Below, piece by piece: positions 59,254 to 64,000 of a stretch of DNA of 64,000 nucleotides (the stretch's first letter is position 1; each line of letters starts with the position of its first letter). Both the position numbers and the translations under genes were made by a program. The notes under the pieces are model-generated. The model did not search any database, had not been told where the DNA came from, and saw only the letters and a list, made by a program, of their open reading frames with translations. The stretch spans positions 850,287-914,286 of the forward strand of contig NW_002060955.1 of the NCBI RefSeq assembly GCF_000150275.1, written 5' to 3'. This stretch comes from Trichoplax adhaerens (Eukaryota > Animalia > Placozoa).

Positions 59254-62200
59254 CTATTCCTCTGGTTTTCTCTTATTTCGATTCATGTATACGTACAATT
59301 CTACCGCATTATCGCCTTCAGCATTCGTACGCCCCTCAAAATCTAATGAACGCGAATATAAGGATAATTTTTTGGTCATAAAAGCCGACAGAAGTGTTCT
59401 TTTATCTGTTTGTTCTTCCATTGGTTTCTCTTCTGCTTCTGTAAAAACGAAATTACCTACTATGTAACTCATAGACAAGTATCTAATTTTTTAATAAAAT
59501 TAATGGAAGTCGTCAGGTTACCTGTAACCTTCACTTTCTTTAGCGGTTGAATTTCGTGATCGTCACTTTCGTTCCCATTTCTTGGCGGATCTTCCTCTCT
59601 AATTGGAGATTGATTGTCTACAGATATATTAGGTGTAGTATTTCCTTGATTTTGTTGTTCTTCAAGTGTATCATCTCTGGATTAATGTTTCAGGAATTTT
59701 TACGATTATAAACATTAGATGAACGACAGAAAAGCAACTTTACTTAATTAAAGAATTAAAAACTAACAATTGTGTTGCTTCCTTGCCGTCTACATCCATG
59801 GCTACACTTGCATCTAAATAGGGTCAAAGCGATAACCAGGAATTTAAGAGTTATAGCGAAAACAAATGCTATCGTGAATCATACCGGCATCAACAGCTCC
59901 ATTATCTTCAGGAATGTAATTATCGGGCGAAGAGGAATTTGCTGCTCTTTTCAAATCCAGAAAGTGGCTATAGATCTGAAATATTACGCATTTCGAAATT
60001 TATTCACGTTACGATCACGATATTAATTCAATCTAAGGGCTGAATCATTTATTATATTCGATTGTATTATCTCATACTTTGTAGTGCATAGCAGAATTAG
60101 AACTCTGCAATTCTAGTACAGATTCTAATTCGTTCAACAGCTGTCGAGATTGCTCTTCTCTAAAAAAGGACTCGAATAGATATTACTAGTGTAGGCTATA
60201 CAATTATGATGTATTGAAGAAACTTAAATACCGTTTAGTTCCTTTAGTTCTTGAACCTCCGTAATATGAACTGCGGTTTTCATTCATACTGGTCTTATCC
60301 GATAATTCTGTTAGAATCTAGAGTAAAATCAGAAGGTAGCTATTGGTTTTCCAATAACAGAAGAGAGTTGCGCTGTCATATCGTATTTGTGTACGAGAAT
60401 TAGCACCTTTATACACTCATCTACGGTTTCTTCATCTAATTTCTTCCAACATAAATATTCTGGAAGCCGATCGAGTTCCTATCATAATAACAACTACATT
60501 AATGATTTCTTCATTGATATCATTTAGATACCATTGATAGAATTTATGTTTATTACATTTGTCCATTCAGTGCCAAACATAGTGGAATTACTCATTGTCA
60601 TCGGCCAGTATCGAGTAAATCTATCCATACAATCCAGAGCTGTACAAAGTTGATATAAAATATGATCAAAGACGATAATTTAGAACACACAGTTAATTCC
60701 TATATAATGTTACTATTTCGTTACGATAAAGCAATAAAGAAGATTAAATCGTATATTGCTACCAGCGTCAATCGGCAAGATTTCCGTAGACTTATTCTGA
60801 GTTATAGGTGCTAAGCGACAGTCTTTCATAAGTTCACCAAAATCCTGAAGAAGATTGAACGGAAACTGTAGCCAAACTCTCTATGATGAGACTAGTAGAT
60901 AATTAAGTTCTACTAACATTAATTCTGTAGTCCGTTACTCGGCCACCAGAACCTTCGCTGATTGAAGGAGGATCCTCCAGAGGCGAGCGAGATATTGATA
61001 ACGTATGAACAAATATATCACCTTGACGAACAAAATTGTGTTCATGGTAAGAAAATATGGATTCTATTCAAAGTTGAGGCTAATTATAAACGATAATATA
61101 CCTTCACTGTCGCAATCATCTTGTCTTTTATGGCCTACTAAGAGATGAGATATAACAGATTTATGGCTGGTTTTTTTCGGTTGCTCCAAAGCAACAGTAC
61201 GTCCTAGATTCAAGAAGAAACAATTAGCATTTACTGTAATAAATCTTTGTGATTATGTAAAATGAGCAACTCTATTCACAAATAGATGTTGCGATGACGT
61301 TTAAAGTCAATCTATATGAAGCCAAGAAGAAGCGAAATATTACCCGAAAGAAGGAAATTCATTAAGCAAATGGTAGGTCGACTGCTTGGCTGATAGTGCA
61401 TCAATAAATTTATTATGAACGTTAGCTTGTAAATTGAGCATGGTATGAAGACATAACACTTTATCGCTTAATTGATTACCTCAACAGGTGTAATACGGCT
61501 CATGCTAGTACAAAATTGTGATTCAGATACTGTAATAAACGTAGCTGACGGATTAATAACAGAAAATATAAACCACGGATATATATATGACCTACGTGGA
61601 TTAGATGCTTGTTTGGGTGTACACCATTTTAAGACAACTGAAGCTTTGTTATTCCTTTTCAGAGTAAAAGGGTCTACAACATCTAAGAAAGAGATGTATC
61701 ATTGTCATAGAAAAATATCTAGAATAAATAAAAACCATCTATCGTTGTCAAACTATAGAAGTTACCGTAATCTTCAGAAGACGTCTGTAGGCTGTCATGA
61801 ATTGCGGAGGGATGTAGTAATTGAACATCATAATTTGATGAAGTTCCAGTACTTTGCTCTTCCTATTACAGAAAAGTGATTTTCTGAGTTAAAGAGGTTT
61901 TACCGTAGATCTGATCTAATTAGAGAGGACCTAATGAAATCAATCGTTTGGGTTACCTTCATTGGTATGCCAGTGACGGTGGTAATTTTGAGATCATAAT
62001 GTAATTGTGACATGATGTTCATTTTTTCGATCATTTCCGGACCAGAAATGGCATAAACACTAATTCGAATTCGCGAATGTACCTAACATGAATAGATACA
62101 GTTAACATTGCAAACTTGGGTAATACGAGTATAATTTGAAAGTATGGCTAAGGTTGTACACCCAGTTACTGCAAAGTATAGGATATAAAATCCATTAAAA

Positions 62201-63831
62201 TGAAGGGAGAATTTAAAAAAAAAGCTGTAGCAAGACCATATTGTAATACTAAATAGCGCTACTTCTACATATTCCAATTAAGTGATAACACGATAAAGCC
62301 TAAGCGTCATTAAGAAGTTATTACAATAGTATGAAAGCAATTATCGCACTCTTGTCATTGAAAAACCGCACAGAGACTTACTAGTTTGTCGATTCCGAGT
62401 GATTGTTCCAGTTGAGAGGTGATATCAGCATAAACCGGTTGCAAATGTACAAAGACTACATCCAGAAATTTGATGTTGATAATGCTGTATGTAAACGTTA
62501 TAAATATCATACGCATTAAGCCATGAAAATTGATTGCATGGACTAAAATACTCAACAACTTACTCGTGCGTAGACATCGTGTTAATGTCCTCAACAGCTT
62601 TGATAATGTCTGCAATGAATGACTTAATGACCATAGTGCTAAATCATACATGATAGCAAAAGAAATAGATATTAGCGTTCTTCATCAGTTACGAATACTA
62701 CTCATTTAGAACCATTTCAAAGTTATGATTATAATATAGTTGCCAAACATACTGCTACAGAGTAGATATGAAGATAGTGGTAAAAAAGTATGTTAATTAC
62801 CTTTTGTAGGACGAGATGCAAATAATTCTACGAACACCATTGTCACGGGAATATTTATCATATGATGTTGATAGAGGCTTAGAGAATTCATGGATGGATT
62901 CAGTAAGAGCAGCTTGGAGATCATGACTATCAAATTGGCTTTCAGTATTGCTACTATAGCGAACGTTGGCGAAATTCTCATACAACTGTTGTCATTATGT
63001 TTAGGAATCAAGAATGAATTATTACCAGGTATACGGGTACAATTTGTGTACATAAAAATTGATACAGATTATTCAAATTTTAATTTAAATGCCTGATTTG
63101 ATCATACTATATTATTAAGATGATGACCCTTTGAATTATTGCTAAGACCTACATTTATTTAGTATATGTGTTTAACTTTACTTTATCATAAGAGCTTCTA
63201 AGTCACCACATGCACTGTATATTGTACAAAGATGGACAGTAAGGTAGCAAGTCAATTTCCATTTGAAAAGGTGACAAGTTTCATTCAAAAATGAGCATAT
63301 AGTTGAGCTTAGTTGAACATATGAATAAGCAGCTATGATACATTAATTATTGGGACTGCCTAGAAAGAAAAATACCTTCATGATACTACTTCGGCCCAAA
63401 TTGTTATCCATGGCATCGAAAGTTTTTGATTTATTTCCGATAACTTTAATTAGAATCTATTAAGACACAAATATTATACCAGTTAAAGATACAACCAACG
63501 TAGTTTTAACGAATTCCAAGTTGTCTTGTAGCCTCATAGGAGAAAGACGGTATTGACAGTGTTTGACAGCTCAGCTCATTTGTCATTGCTGTAGCTAAAT
63601 ACTAACAAGGTATTATTAACAGCTAATTTATAGAGTGTGTGATTGATTACTTTTGCAATTTGATCAAACAATTTCAAAGTAGCCTTTTAAATTAAAAAGA
63701 AGATGTAGAGATCTGTCTACGCACCGGATATTTGGTAGAATAGATATCAAATGCGATACGAAAGTATTCGATCGCTCCTTCAGTGGCACAGGTCCATAAA
63801 GATTTCTCCAATTTGAATGTGTTTCCTTTAC
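59254..63831 (-). CDS. INTS13: Integrator complex subunit 13 (asunder), multi-exon; first exon(s) not identified and probably beyond the window
   Basis: Exon translations [22 protein letters not shown] (63831-63725), [77 protein letters not shown] and the tail LDFEGR...VELY match INTS13 motifs in order; not every internal junction was mapped. Confidence 0.9.
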
Positions 63832-64000
63832 CTAATATTATTGCATATACGTATATAAGCATGTGTTGATAGTTCGTCTTTATTGGCCTAGTGTTATCTT
63901 TTAGTCTTTCTGTGTAGATGCTTAATTGATAGGCCAACAATATCATCACAACAATCAACATTATAAGATAGTGCATGGTGTCGCTTGATCATGTCCACAA

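Noticed and set aside
63832-63976. Hydrophobic N-terminal part of the 94-aa ORF as the start of INTS13
   Set aside because: Does not resemble the INTS13 N-terminus and lies upstream of an AG acceptor; treated as intron read-through.

Overview
AT-rich, intron-containing animal DNA with four N gaps (1214-1408, 19932-19981, 21029-21078, 24153-24938). Gene content and style suggest a placozoan such as Trichoplax; that is inference only. Five spliced host genes can be read: a FUT8-like alpha-1,6-fucosyltransferase (-), a 15-exon GABA-B-like class C GPCR (-), two tandem 8-exon G-alpha-i paralogues (+) and a 5'-partial INTS13/asunder (-). The first 46 kb hold about 14 LTR pieces from at least five families, mostly solo LTRs with TGT...ACA ends and 5-bp target-site duplications (TSDs), some nested and one apparently heterozygous; no pol gene is visible. 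The most unusual object is a 1468-bp gag-only element (44719-46186). It is bounded by two outward-facing U5 ends that form a perfect 98-bp terminal inverted repeat, has a 5-bp TSD, and carries a tRNA-Leu primer-binding site (PBS) inverted relative to gag. This fits a fold-back reverse-transcription product that integrated through two U5 ends. Also notable are a 23-24 nt terminal U5 hairpin shared across LTR families and a 2.2-kb palindrome-rich TACAG/CTGTA domain just upstream of the second G-alpha-i gene. All coordinates and alignments were read by eye.
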